DNA from: Bryobacterales bacterium
GTDB taxonomy: Bacteria; Acidobacteriota; Terriglobia; Bryobacterales; Bryobacteraceae
Assembly: GCA_016789755.1 (NCBI GenBank)
Contig: JAEUQG010000088.1
Span: 449-64,448 of the forward strand
Length of the DNA: 64,000 nucleotides
Direction: 5' to 3'
Below, in pieces: positions 20,291 to 29,881 of this stretch; position 1 is the stretch's first letter, and the number at the start of each line of letters is the position of its first letter. Made by a program: the position numbers and the translations under genes. The notes under the pieces are model-generated. The model saw only the letters and a program-made list of their open reading frames with translations, did not search any database and was not told the origin of the DNA.

Positions 20291-21541
20291 ATGAACCGCA
20301 GACATTTTCTTGTTTCCGCCTCCACCGCCGCCGCCTCCCAAGGCTGGGCTCAGTCCAATGATCGCGTCCGCGTCGCCATCGTCGGAGTAGGCTCGCGGGG
20401 CAGCGCGCATATCCGCGAAATCCTGCCCGTAAGCAATATGGAAGTGGCCGCCCTGGTCGATCCCGACGGACAGCGCACGGAAGCCGCCGCGCAGGTGGTC
20501 TTCAAGAAGACAGGCAAGACGCCGCGCATCGAATCCGACATGCGCCGCGTCTTCGACAGCAAAGACATCGACGCGGTCACGATTGCGACAACCAATCACT
20601 GGCACACCCTGACCGCCATTTGGGCCATGCAGGCGGGCAAGGACGTCTACGTGGAGAAGCCTGTTTCGCACAATATCTTCGAGGGAATCAAGCTCGTCGA
20701 GTGCGCACGCAAGTACAAACGCATCGCCGCGGGCGGCACGCAACGGCGCTGGTGGGGCCGCTGGCGCAAAGCGGTGGAACTGATTCACAGCGGCTACATC
20801 GGCGATGTGTATCAAGGGAACTTCGTGTTTCCCGGCAGCCGCGATTCCATCGGATTCAAGGAACCCAAACAGCCGCCTGCCTATTTCAATTGGGATTTAT
20901 GGCTGGGGCCCGCCCCCATGCAGCCTTATCACGAAAATCTCGTCCATTATAACTGGCATTGGTTCTGGGATTTCGGCAATGGGGAGTTGGGCAACAACGG
21001 GATCCATTTGATCGACGTGTCCCGCTGGGCCATGAACAAGAAACTGCCCGTGCGCGTCCACTGCACCGGCGGACGGTTCGGCTACCAGGATCAAGGCCAG
21101 ACGCCGAACACCCAAAACGTCACTTGGATCCACGACGACGGCTCCATGATTGTCGGACAATTGCGCGGCCTCTACACCCAGGAGCCCATGTCCTGGGACT
21201 TCTTCGGAACCAAGGGCCACATGCACATGAAGGCCAACGGACAGATCGCCGTGCGCCTCGGACGCAATAAACAATTGGAGCCGGAACCGGAATATCCGGC
21301 AAATATCGACCATTTCGCCAATTTCGCCGAAGCCGTCCGCGCCCGCGACCCGAAGCTGTTGCACGCCGAAATCGAAGAGACGTCGCTCTCCACGGCCTAT
21401 TGCCACTTGGGCAATATCGCCTACCGCATGAAGCGCGAATTGGACTTCGATCCGGCGTCCATGAAGTTCAAAGACAGCGAGGCCAACAAGCTGATCGGCC
21501 GTGAGTACCGCAAGCCCTACGTCGTTCCCGACAAGGTCTAG
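20291..21541 (+). CDS. Gfo/Idh/MocA family oxidoreductase with twin-arginine signal
   Basis: MNRRHFLVSASTAAASQGWAQS (TAT-like) followed by a Rossmann motif, VRVAIVGVGSRGSAHI. Trimmed from ORF 20249..21541. Confidence 0.85.
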   Translation: MNRRHFLVSASTAAASQGWAQSNDRVRVAIVGVGSRGSAHIREILPVSNMEVAALVDPDGQRTEAAAQVVFKKTGKTPRIESDMRRVFDSKDIDAVTIATTNHWHTLTAIWAMQAGKDVYVEKPVSHNIFEGIKLVECARKYKRIAAGGTQRRWWGRWRKAVELIHSGYIGDVYQGNFVFPGSRDSIGFKEPKQPPAYFNWDLWLGPAPMQPYHENLVHYNWHWFWDFGNGELGNNGIHLIDVSRWAMNKKLPVRVHCTGGRFGYQDQGQTPNTQNVTWIHDDGSMIVGQLRGLYTQEPMSWDFFGTKGHMHMKANGQIAVRLGRNKQLEPEPEYPANIDHFANFAEAVRARDPKLLHAEIEETSLSTAYCHLGNIAYRMKRELDFDPASMKFKDSEANKLIGREYRKPYVVPDKV

Positions 21542-21547
21542 CGCCCG

Positions 21548-24238
21548 CTATTCGTAGCGAATGGCGGCAACCGGATCGATGCGCGAAGCCCGGCGGGCCG
21601 GCAGCCACGCGGCAAGCAGTCCCACCGCGGCTAACACCAGTGCCGCCGCCGCATAGGCCCCCGGGTCCAGCGGAGACAATCCGAACAGCCGGCTCTCGAT
21701 GGACCGCAGTGCGGCGAAAGCCAGCGAAAATCCGGCCGCAAGGCCGCCGGCAAGCAACCACGACGATTCCCTCATTATCAGCGCTACCACCGCCGTTTCC
21801 CGCGCCCCCAGTGCTTTGCGAATGCCGATTTCATTGGTGCGCCGCCCCACCCCGTACGAGAGCACGCCGTAAAGCCCGATGGCCGCCAGCAGCAGCGCCA
21901 CTGCGCCGAAAGCAAGCGACAGCGTGGCCAGCATGCGTTCCTGGACCATGCCTTCCTCGATGCGCGAAGCAAGCGGCACGATCTGGCTGATGGGCAAGTG
22001 GGGATCCTCGGCCAGGATGGCCGCCCGCACCGCATTCGCCATCGGCGCAGGATCGCCCGCGGTGCGAATGGCGAAGGTCACCCGCTCAGGAACATCCACC
22101 GGTTGCGAGATGGGAATGTAGAAGCGGTGCTCGATCTCGCGGCGCAGCGAGCGTTTCCGCGCATTGCCGGCCACTCCCACAATCTCGAATGTGTTGCGCT
22201 GGTGGCCGAACACCTGCGTCACATGGTGGCCGATGGGGTTGCGGCCGGCGAAAAACTTCTTGGCGAACGCTTCATTGATCACGCATACCTTGGCAGTCGT
22301 CGCCCGGTCGCGGGCATCGATGGCGCGGCCCTGGCGCAGCGGAATACCCAGCGTGGAGAAGAAGCCGGGGCCAACCAGATCGTAGCGCGAGCCTTCGTCG
22401 CCCCCGCCCCGCCGCACGTAGCCTTCCACTTCGATTTCATCCCCGCTGTCGCCGCCCATCAACATTCCGTGCGGCGAATACGACACCGACGCGACTCCAG
22501 GAAGCGCCCGCAGACGTTCGTGGAGCCTTTCAAACAGCGGCTGCCGCGCCGGTTCCTCGTACCCCCCGGACATGACATCCACGCGAGCCATCAGGAGGTT
22601 GCCGGTCGCAAATCCGAAATCGACATGCCTCAGGTTGTCCAGCGTGCGCGCCAGCAACGCCGCCCCGATCAGCAACGGCAGCGACAGCGCCACCTGCCCC
22701 GCCACCACCAAACGCCCCGCTCGGAGCCACCCTGCCGAAGAGGTCACTCCCCTGCCCTGCTCCCGCAATCCGGCATGCGACGTTTTCATCGTGCGCAGGA
22801 TAGGTAGGATCCCAAGCACCAGTCCGGCAAGTACAGTCAAAGCCACAGTGAACAGCACCACTGGCATGTCGAGCGATGAGGGCAGATGAAGACTGGATGG
22901 AACAAGGCGCAGGAGAGCCGCGCGAAGCAAAGAGGCGGATAGGAGTCCGATAATGCCTGCTCCCACGGCGATCAGCATGCTCTCGCTCAGCCATTGCCGC
23001 GCCAGATCGCCGCGCCCCGCCCCCAACGCCTGTCGAACGGCCATCTCCCGCGTGCGCGCCATCGCTCGCGTCAACATCAGATTGCCCAGGTTCGCGCAGG
23101 CGATCAGAAACACCAACCCCGCTGCCGCAAGCATCGCAAGAAGCGGCTCGCCGAAGTTCTCGCGCACGGCCGATCCCCCCATCGGCGCCGGTCGCAGCCG
23201 CAGCCGCTGATCCAGAAACTCGCGCCGCATCTCGCTCGTCGGAGCCGAGGCGTAGAATGCCGACAGGCTTTGTTGAAACACCGTGTTGGCCTGTGCCTGC
23301 GCCTGTTCGATCGGCACGCCTGGCTTCAAACGCGCGAAAACCTGAAGCCAGATTGTCTTCGCCAGCGTCGCTGGATCGTCATGCAGCCAGTCCCGGCCCG
23401 GCAGCACTTCCGGCTGCATCGCCAGCGGGAACCAGATATCGGGATGCTGCCCCACCGTGTCGCCGAAAAAGCCCGCCGGCATCGCGCCCACGATGGTGAA
23501 GGTGGCGCGGCGCAATGCGATCGGCGCGCCCAGCGCACGGTCGCTGCCCCCGAAACGTTTTTGCCAATATTTGTTGCTGATCACGGCAAGCGCGGGCTTC
23601 GCACCGTCGTCCGCCGTGAAGGTGCGGCCGATCGCGGGCGGAACGCCCAGCGTGTCGAAATATTCGCTCGATACAAGGCTCGCAGACACCTCTTCCGCCT
23701 CGCCCCCCTTGACACGCACTTGCAGCGGCTCGCGCGAATGATATGTCGCCATCGTCTGCGCAAACACCCCGCTTTGGCCGCGCATCAATACGAACTCTTC
23801 GTGCGTCAGCAGCGGGCGTTCTCCGGAAATCGATCCGGTCGAGAAGCCGCTCGAAACCCCGTCGGTCAGCAGGATCAGCGACTCCGGATCCCTCACCGGC
23901 AACAGCTCGAGCAGAACCTTGTGGACCAGGCTGAAAATAGCGGCGTTGGCGCCGATGCCCAGTGCCAGTGAGAGTACCGCCACAGCCGTGAAATTCGGCT
24001 GGGCGCGCAGTGTGCGTAGCGCGTATCGGACGTCTTGGCGGATCACGTGATAATGCTCCCGGGGTGCGATGGTGAAAACGTCGGAGATGGAACGGAGCCA
24101 GAATGCCGGGCGGGTGCGGCTGCGCCGGGCTTCCAGCCACTGCTCGGTGAAGTCCCGCACCATCTCTTCCCCGTACTCGCGGCGGAACGATGCCGGGAAA
24201 CAGAGCAACAGCAGGCGAAAGAGGTGGATCGGCAGCAC
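21548..24238 (-). CDS. ADOP-type duplicated FtsX/MacB-like permease
   Basis: 896 aa. The N-terminus FPASFRREYGEEMVRDF...DVRYALRTLRAQPNFTAVAVLSLALGIGANAAIFSL is typical of acidobacterial duplicated orphan permeases. Two FtsX-like 4-TM modules are present. Confidence 0.88.
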   Translation of the reverse strand: MLPIHLFRLLLLCFPASFRREYGEEMVRDFTEQWLEARRSRTRPAFWLRSISDVFTIAPREHYHVIRQDVRYALRTLRAQPNFTAVAVLSLALGIGANAAIFSLVHKVLLELLPVRDPESLILLTDGVSSGFSTGSISGERPLLTHEEFVLMRGQSGVFAQTMATYHSREPLQVRVKGGEAEEVSASLVSSEYFDTLGVPPAIGRTFTADDGAKPALAVISNKYWQKRFGGSDRALGAPIALRRATFTIVGAMPAGFFGDTVGQHPDIWFPLAMQPEVLPGRDWLHDDPATLAKTIWLQVFARLKPGVPIEQAQAQANTVFQQSLSAFYASAPTSEMRREFLDQRLRLRPAPMGGSAVRENFGEPLLAMLAAAGLVFLIACANLGNLMLTRAMARTREMAVRQALGAGRGDLARQWLSESMLIAVGAGIIGLLSASLLRAALLRLVPSSLHLPSSLDMPVVLFTVALTVLAGLVLGILPILRTMKTSHAGLREQGRGVTSSAGWLRAGRLVVAGQVALSLPLLIGAALLARTLDNLRHVDFGFATGNLLMARVDVMSGGYEEPARQPLFERLHERLRALPGVASVSYSPHGMLMGGDSGDEIEVEGYVRRGGGDEGSRYDLVGPGFFSTLGIPLRQGRAIDARDRATTAKVCVINEAFAKKFFAGRNPIGHHVTQVFGHQRNTFEIVGVAGNARKRSLRREIEHRFYIPISQPVDVPERVTFAIRTAGDPAPMANAVRAAILAEDPHLPISQIVPLASRIEEGMVQERMLATLSLAFGAVALLLAAIGLYGVLSYGVGRRTNEIGIRKALGARETAVVALIMRESSWLLAGGLAAGFSLAFAALRSIESRLFGLSPLDPGAYAAAALVLAAVGLLAAWLPARRASRIDPVAAIRYE

Positions 24239-24243
24239 GGGTC

Positions 24244-24606
24244 TTAGATCTTCTTCGGAATCAGGCCGGTTTCCCGCGCCTGGCTCAGCATGGCCGTCAA
24301 TCGCTGGGCTTCGGCGGCCGCCACCTTGCGCCCGAAGGCCGTCAGCCCGTAGTAACGCCGCCGCTGATCCTGGCTGTCCGGATCGGGGCTGTCGCGCAGT
24401 TCCTCCACCAGACCCTGTTCCAGCATCCGGCGGATCGAGCTATACAACGTCGCCGCGCTCAACTGAACCTTGCCGCTCGTGCGCGCCGCCACGTCCTGCA
24501 TGATGGAATACCCGTGCCGGTCGCGGTCCGCGAGCGCGACGAGAATATGAAATGTCGCCGCGGGCAGCGGCAGCAGGGAGTCGGGGCTTGGATACTCTAC
24601 CTTCAT
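24244..24606 (-). CDS. PadR family transcriptional regulator
   Basis: FHILVALADRDRHGYSIMQDV......LSAATLYSSIRRMLEQGLVEE.....D.RRRYYGLTAFGRKV. Located 5 bp upstream of the ADOP permease gene. Confidence 0.9.
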   Translation of the reverse strand: MKVEYPSPDSLLPLPAATFHILVALADRDRHGYSIMQDVAARTSGKVQLSAATLYSSIRRMLEQGLVEELRDSPDPDSQDQRRRYYGLTAFGRKVAAAEAQRLTAMLSQARETGLIPKKI

Positions 24607-24693
24607 CCGGTATACCTGCTTGTACTATACCCGATGATGATATAGATGGCAAGAGCGTTTCCTCGCGCCCGCGCTGCCGCGATTCGATACAGG

Positions 24694-26346
24694 TCAGGCC
24701 TTAAGCTTCTTCGAATACTCGCGCAGGATGTAATCGCACGCCCGCACCGTGATCGCCATCATCGTCAGCGTGGGATTCTGGCACCCGCTGGAGACCCAGG
24801 CCGCGCCGTCGGTCACGAAAATGTTTTCGACGTCGTGCGCCTGCGTGTACTTATTCAGAACGCTCGTCTTCGGATCGTTGCCCATGCGCGCCGTTCCGGT
24901 TTCGTGTATGCAGAAGCCGGGAATGGAGAACTGGCCCGTCATGTTGACGTTGGCCGCGCCCGCGGCTTTGAGCATTTCCGCGGCCTGCTCGCGCCCGTCG
25001 TGCCACAGCTTCTTTTCGTTGTCGCTCCAATCGGCGGAGATGCGGAGAGCCGGAATGCCCCACGCATCCACTTTGTTCTTGTCGATCTCGACGTAATTCT
25101 CCTTGCGGGCGAGACATTCGCCCCACAGGTTGATACTGATCCCCCAAAACCCTTTGCGAACGGCGTCTTTATAGGCTGCGCCGAAGCCCGGAGCCCCCAT
25201 CGAGAACGAGGGACTGCTGCCGCCCTGATAGCCGTAGCCGCGGATGAATCCGTTGGTTTCCTTCTCCTGAATGTTGCGGAACCGCGGGATGTAAATCCCG
25301 TTCGGACGGCGAGGCATTCCGGCCCAGGGCTTGGCCTCCAGTTGCGGCATGATGCCCGAAGCTCCGCCCTGATAGATGTGGTCCATGAGGTATTTCCCCA
25401 AAGCCCCGCTCGAGTTGCAGATGCCCGAATTGAGCAGAAGCCTTGTGGATTCCAGCGTCGAAGCGCAGAGCACGACGATCTTGGCGCTCGCCTCGCGCGG
25501 CTGCCGCGAGGTGCGGTCGATGTAGGCGACGCCCGCGGCCTTCCCGTCCTTCATCACGATGTGGCTGCCCACGGCATCGGTGATGAGCGTAGTGCGGCCC
25601 GTCCTCAGAGCATCGGCGACGGTCGTGAAGGGGCTGGAAAAATACGAGTTCGTGACGCAGCCGCGCTCGCAGGGTCCGCAGTAATGACAGGCCGCGCGCC
25701 CATTGTGATTCTTCGTAAGAATCGCCGTGCGCCCGATCGTAACCGTGCGCCCGAACTTGTCCTTCACCGCGTGCCGCAGAGCGAGTTCCCCGCACGTCAT
25801 GTCCATCGGCGGGAGAAAAAGGCTGTCCGGAAGGTGCTCCAGACCCTCCGCCATGCCGCTGATGCCGACGTATTTTTCCACCTCTTCGTAGTACGGCACA
25901 AGATCGGAGTACGAGATCGGCCAGTCGACGTCATAGCCGTCGCGCGATGCGGCTTTGAAATCGATGTCCCCCATGCGGTAGCTTTGCCGGCCCCACGAGT
26001 TGGAGCGCCCGCCCAGAATGCGCTGGCGGATCCACATAAAGGGCTTGTCCTGCACGTACGGATTCTCCGTGTCGTTGACGAACCACTTGTAGTTGTATTC
26101 CGTGCAGGCGTAGCAGCGGCCCTGAATCGGGCGGTCCTGGATAACCTTCGGAGACATCCCCAGATAGGGGAGCTGCCAGGATTGCTTGTGTTCGGTGAAA
26201 TCGGCTTGCGTAATCTTCGGGCCGGCTTCCAGCAGAGCGACGCGCATGCCGCCTTCGCTGAGCTTCTTCGCGGCCCATCCGCCGGTAGCTCCGGAACCGA
26301 CGACAATGGCGTCGAATGTTTCTCTACGTGGGGCGAGTTGCGGCAT
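24694..26346 (-). CDS. GMC family FAD-dependent oxidoreductase
   Basis: Trimmed to the ATG at 26346: MPQLAPRRETFDAIVVGSGATGGWAAKKLSEGGMRVALLEAG (FAD dinucleotide fold). The C-terminus HETGTARMG...NIFVTDGAAW is typical of the GMC family. Confidence 0.85.
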   Translation of the reverse strand: MPQLAPRRETFDAIVVGSGATGGWAAKKLSEGGMRVALLEAGPKITQADFTEHKQSWQLPYLGMSPKVIQDRPIQGRCYACTEYNYKWFVNDTENPYVQDKPFMWIRQRILGGRSNSWGRQSYRMGDIDFKAASRDGYDVDWPISYSDLVPYYEEVEKYVGISGMAEGLEHLPDSLFLPPMDMTCGELALRHAVKDKFGRTVTIGRTAILTKNHNGRAACHYCGPCERGCVTNSYFSSPFTTVADALRTGRTTLITDAVGSHIVMKDGKAAGVAYIDRTSRQPREASAKIVVLCASTLESTRLLLNSGICNSSGALGKYLMDHIYQGGASGIMPQLEAKPWAGMPRRPNGIYIPRFRNIQEKETNGFIRGYGYQGGSSPSFSMGAPGFGAAYKDAVRKGFWGISINLWGECLARKENYVEIDKNKVDAWGIPALRISADWSDNEKKLWHDGREQAAEMLKAAGAANVNMTGQFSIPGFCIHETGTARMGNDPKTSVLNKYTQAHDVENIFVTDGAAWVSSGCQNPTLTMMAITVRACDYILREYSKKLKA

Positions 26347-26377
26347 TAGGGCTAGTATGCCACGCTTGCCGTTACGG

Positions 26378-26935
26378 ATGAAGTTTGCAGAGCTCACCGC
26401 GGAACGATGGCCCGACCTCGAACGGTTGTTCGGAGAACGTGGAGCCTGCGGCGGGTGCTGGTGCATGTGGTGGCGCCTGTCTCGGGCCGAATGGAATGCC
26501 GCAAAGGGCGAGGCCAACCGCCAGGCCTTCCGGCAAATTGTGCACGCCGGGCCTGCTCCGGGCGTGCTCGCCTATCGCGACGGAGACCCCGTCGGTTGGT
26601 GCGCGGTCGCCCCGCGCGACAGGTTTGTGGCATTGGAGCGCTCGCGCAATCTGAAGGCCCTCGACGATGTGCCGGTGTGGGCGGTCACGTGCCTCTTCGT
26701 GCGCAAGGATATGCGTGGACGAAAAGTGTCCGTGCAGTTGCTCCGCGCAGCGGCGGATTTCGCCCGCACGCACGGCGGCCGCGTTGTGGAGGGTTATCCT
26801 GTCGAACCGAAGAAGGGGAAGATGCCGGATGCCTTTGCCTGGACGGGAACCATGGCGGCTTTCCATGCAGCCGGTTTTGTGGAAGTGGCCCGGCGCGGCT
26901 CTCGCCCGATTGTAAGGATGCAACTGGCGCCATAG
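26378..26935 (+). CDS. GNAT family N-acetyltransferase
   Basis: Trimmed to the ATG at 26378. ...GVLAYRDGDPVGWCAVAPR...VWAVTCLFVRKDMRGRKVSVQLLRAAADFARTHGGRVVEGYPV is the acetyl-CoA-binding motif-A region. Confidence 0.75.
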   Translation: MKFAELTAERWPDLERLFGERGACGGCWCMWWRLSRAEWNAAKGEANRQAFRQIVHAGPAPGVLAYRDGDPVGWCAVAPRDRFVALERSRNLKALDDVPVWAVTCLFVRKDMRGRKVSVQLLRAAADFARTHGGRVVEGYPVEPKKGKMPDAFAWTGTMAAFHAAGFVEVARRGSRPIVRMQLAP

Positions 26936-27030
26936 TCGCCGCAACGGCCCTTTCCCAACGATGCTTCGCAGCGCGCCGCGCGCACCCATGTCCGATTGTG
27001 CGAATGCAATTCGTGCTGTAGGTTTGTAGT

Positions 27031-27657
27031 ATGCGGCTGATGCTGTCGGTCTTGCTTTTCGTGCTGCCTCTGGCCGGGCAGAAGGACTTTCTCACGGCGG
27101 ATGAAGTCGATCAGGTGCGTGAAGCCCAGGAGCCGAACGAGCGCTTGAAGCTCTATGTCAAATTCGCCCGCCAGCGCATTGCAATGGTCGAGCAGTTTCT
27201 AAGTAAAGAGAAGGCTGGCCGCTCGGCCATGGTGCACGAAGCCCTCGACGAATACAACAAGATCATCGAGGCCATCGACACCGTCTCCGACGATGCCCTG
27301 CGGCGCAAGATTGCCATCGAGCTTGGGGCGGCGGAAGTGGCGAAGGCCGAGAAAACTTTCCTGGAAAAACTCGAGAAAATCAAAGCGGCGAAGACTCGGG
27401 ATTTCTCCCGCTATGAGGATGTGCTTGCCAATGCGATCGAAAATACGGCGGTCAGCATTGAGCTCGCCGAGACGGATGCGCGTGACCGCAGCAAAGACGT
27501 CCTGACCAAAGATCAGCGCGAAAAGAAAGAGCGCGAGGAAATGATGACTCCCACCGGGCGCGCGGAAAAGAAAGCCGAAGAAGCGAAGGAAGCGGCAAAA
27601 CCGGTGCGCAAGGCGCCTACGCTCCGCCGCAAGGGCGAGACCGAAAAGAAGCCTTAA
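27031..27657 (+). CDS. Hypothetical secreted coiled-coil protein
   Basis: Signal-like MRLMLSVLLFVLPLAGQ, followed by K/E-rich helical sequence and a basic C-terminal tail. Confidence 0.6.
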   Translation: MRLMLSVLLFVLPLAGQKDFLTADEVDQVREAQEPNERLKLYVKFARQRIAMVEQFLSKEKAGRSAMVHEALDEYNKIIEAIDTVSDDALRRKIAIELGAAEVAKAEKTFLEKLEKIKAAKTRDFSRYEDVLANAIENTAVSIELAETDARDRSKDVLTKDQREKKEREEMMTPTGRAEKKAEEAKEAAKPVRKAPTLRRKGETEKKP

Positions 27658-27922
27658 GCAACCCGCCTTTCCCGCTGAGACCACCACTCCCGGCGCCGCG
27701 GCAGTATGCACACGAATCCGGCGGCTGCAAGCGTTATCGACGCCGGCTCCGCAACTCTCGAAGCCATCCGTGAAACCGCCTTCTCCATTTCCTTCTGAAC
27801 CGGAACACCGTAGGACATCGTGTTCCCGTAGACCTCCGGGCTCGTGCTGTGGCGGAGTGCCCACCCGTTGCGCCGCCGTTGATTCTCGACGCACAGGACG
27901 AGCCTGCGCCAGCTCACGAAGC

Positions 27923-29041
27923 TCAGCCCTCGGACATCATTTCTTTCCACGTCACCTCACGGTTGCGGTCGATGGCGATGCGCCCCAGCAGGCAGGTGAG
28001 CGTGGATTCCGCCGCGCGCGCCAGCGTGTTCTCCGGATTGCCCTGCTGAACTCGCGAGATGAATTGTTCGATGGCGTTTTCCGTAATTCCCTTTTCGATA
28101 TTTTCCAGCGTCTGGTTTTTTGCGTCGCGATACACGGAAAGTGACTGCCGGGTCGTTTCGATCACCCCTTCGGTGGCAATGAACACTTCGCTCACCGCGC
28201 GGTAACCGTTGGGCCCGAACTGCGAGGCCGCCAGCATGGCGCGAACGCCGGAAGGGTACGTGAATGTAACGTTGAGGTGATCCATCGTGTCCCCGTACGT
28301 GCGCAGAATGCGCCCTCCCGAGCCTTGCGCCTTGATCGGCGCGCCGCCGAGAAACCAGTTCAGTACATCCACGCCATGGATGTTCTGCTCCACGATGATG
28401 TCCCCGCTATACTCACGCCACGAATACCAATTCACAAGCTTTTCCTGCTCCGGCGGCGCGGGCGTGCGCTTGCGCTTGCCGATGCCGGTCGAAGCGATCC
28501 AGTTGCTGCGCGCCATCTTGATCGGCCCCAGCACGTTCTTCCGGATCATCTCTTCCGCCTTCAGATAACCGGGGCCGTAGCGGTTCTGAAAGCCCACCGT
28601 CACGCATTGCTTGGCGCCTGCTTTCGCCGCCGTCCGGAGCACCGATTTGCATCCCGCCACGCTCGCCGCGGCGGGTTTCTCGCAATAAACATGCTTGCCC
28701 GCAACGATCGCCGCTTCCAGGTGTTCCGGGTGAATGTAAGCCGGAGTCGTGATCAGCACGGCGTCCACGTCGCTTTGCAGCAACTCGCGGTAGTCGCGGA
28801 AACGGCGCGCCCCTTTCTTAGTCATTTCCCCGTCGAATTTCGCCATCTGTTCTTCGCGCAGATCGCACACCGCGGTGAACCGGACACGGTCGTCGCGATC
28901 GAAGATCTTCGCGTCGAAGGTGCCGCGGTTGCCGCAGCCGAGAATGCCCATGCGGACGGCGCTGTTGGCCTGCGAGCCGCGCACCAGTTGCGGCTCCATG
29001 GCGATGACTCCGGTGGTTCCGGCGAATTGGCGGCGGGTCAT
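27923..29041 (-). CDS. Gfo/Idh/MocA family oxidoreductase with twin-arginine signal
   Basis: Trimmed to the ATG at 29041: MTRRQFAGTTGVIAM...VRMGILGCGNRGT. It has the EKP motif (HVYCEKPAA) typical of this family. 4-bp overlap with the upstream gene. Confidence 0.85.
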   Translation of the reverse strand: MTRRQFAGTTGVIAMEPQLVRGSQANSAVRMGILGCGNRGTFDAKIFDRDDRVRFTAVCDLREEQMAKFDGEMTKKGARRFRDYRELLQSDVDAVLITTPAYIHPEHLEAAIVAGKHVYCEKPAAASVAGCKSVLRTAAKAGAKQCVTVGFQNRYGPGYLKAEEMIRKNVLGPIKMARSNWIASTGIGKRKRTPAPPEQEKLVNWYSWREYSGDIIVEQNIHGVDVLNWFLGGAPIKAQGSGGRILRTYGDTMDHLNVTFTYPSGVRAMLAASQFGPNGYRAVSEVFIATEGVIETTRQSLSVYRDAKNQTLENIEKGITENAIEQFISRVQQGNPENTLARAAESTLTCLLGRIAIDRNREVTWKEMMSEG

Positions 29042-29874
29042 GGACGGGGTGCTCCTGTGAATTTCTTGAGATATTGTGCGCTCAGTCGAACGCTGTCTTC
29101 CACGGGCATCACACCCGCGAACGCCTGATGGATGGTGACGTAGCCGGAGTAGTTCATTTTCTGAAAAGTGCTCATCACAAGGTCGTAATCGACTCCGCCT
29201 TTTTCCCAAATACCGATATGATCCACCCTGACCGGGCCCTTGACCCACGTCTGCACCGGCGAGACTCCTTTGGGGTTGAGGCGGTGATTCTGCACGTAAA
29301 CGTTGAACAGGTGCGGCTTCATGCGCTCAATGACCGGCGGCCCGTATTCCTGCCCGGCAAGAAACCAGTTCGCGGCTTCGTAAATGAGGCCGAAGTTCGG
29401 GCGCCCGATGGATTGAAGCGTTTTCAGCGCGTTGTCGGGAGTCTCGAATAGGCTCGACGCGTGCGATTGATGGGCCAGCCGGATGCCGCGTTCAGCCGCT
29501 TCGTCCGCCGCGCGGCGCGCCCAGTAGATATCTTCCTGCTGCTTCATGCACACCCGGATCAGCGGGGCGCGCAGTTCCGCCGCCAGATCCAGGTACGGCT
29601 TGATGTACCGGAGTCCGTCCGGACCGTTGTCGTTATTGCTCGGCACGGCGAAGTCTCCCGTAATCATGCTCACCTGCAGTTTCGCCTCGTCCAGTTGCCG
29701 CCGGTAGTCGCGAATCGCTTCCACTGGCGTGTGGATGCCGGCCACGGACGCCCGAAAGCACATGGCCTGATAGCCATACTTCAGCGCAAGTTGCAGCATG
29801 TCCGGGAACGGCATGTTGCTTTTCTCTTTATTGTCGAATGCCTCGGCGATACGGACGGAAAGCGATAGCTTCAT
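29038..29874 (-). CDS. Sugar phosphate isomerase/epimerase (xylose-isomerase-like TIM barrel)
   Basis: LALKYGYQAMCFRAS...PLIRVCMK...RLAHQSHASSLFET...NVYVQNH...YVTIHQAF, translationally coupled to the downstream Gfo-type oxidoreductase. Confidence 0.7.
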   Translation of the reverse strand: MKLSLSVRIAEAFDNKEKSNMPFPDMLQLALKYGYQAMCFRASVAGIHTPVEAIRDYRRQLDEAKLQVSMITGDFAVPSNNDNGPDGLRYIKPYLDLAAELRAPLIRVCMKQQEDIYWARRAADEAAERGIRLAHQSHASSLFETPDNALKTLQSIGRPNFGLIYEAANWFLAGQEYGPPVIERMKPHLFNVYVQNHRLNPKGVSPVQTWVKGPVRVDHIGIWEKGGVDYDLVMSTFQKMNYSGYVTIHQAFAGVMPVEDSVRLSAQYLKKFTGAPRP

Positions 29875-29881
29875 GGCTGCC

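Noticed and set aside
24646-26349. 567-aa plus-strand ORF
   Set aside because: It is antisense to the GMC oxidoreductase, which has an FAD-binding motif. The translation is R/A/P-rich with no motifs.
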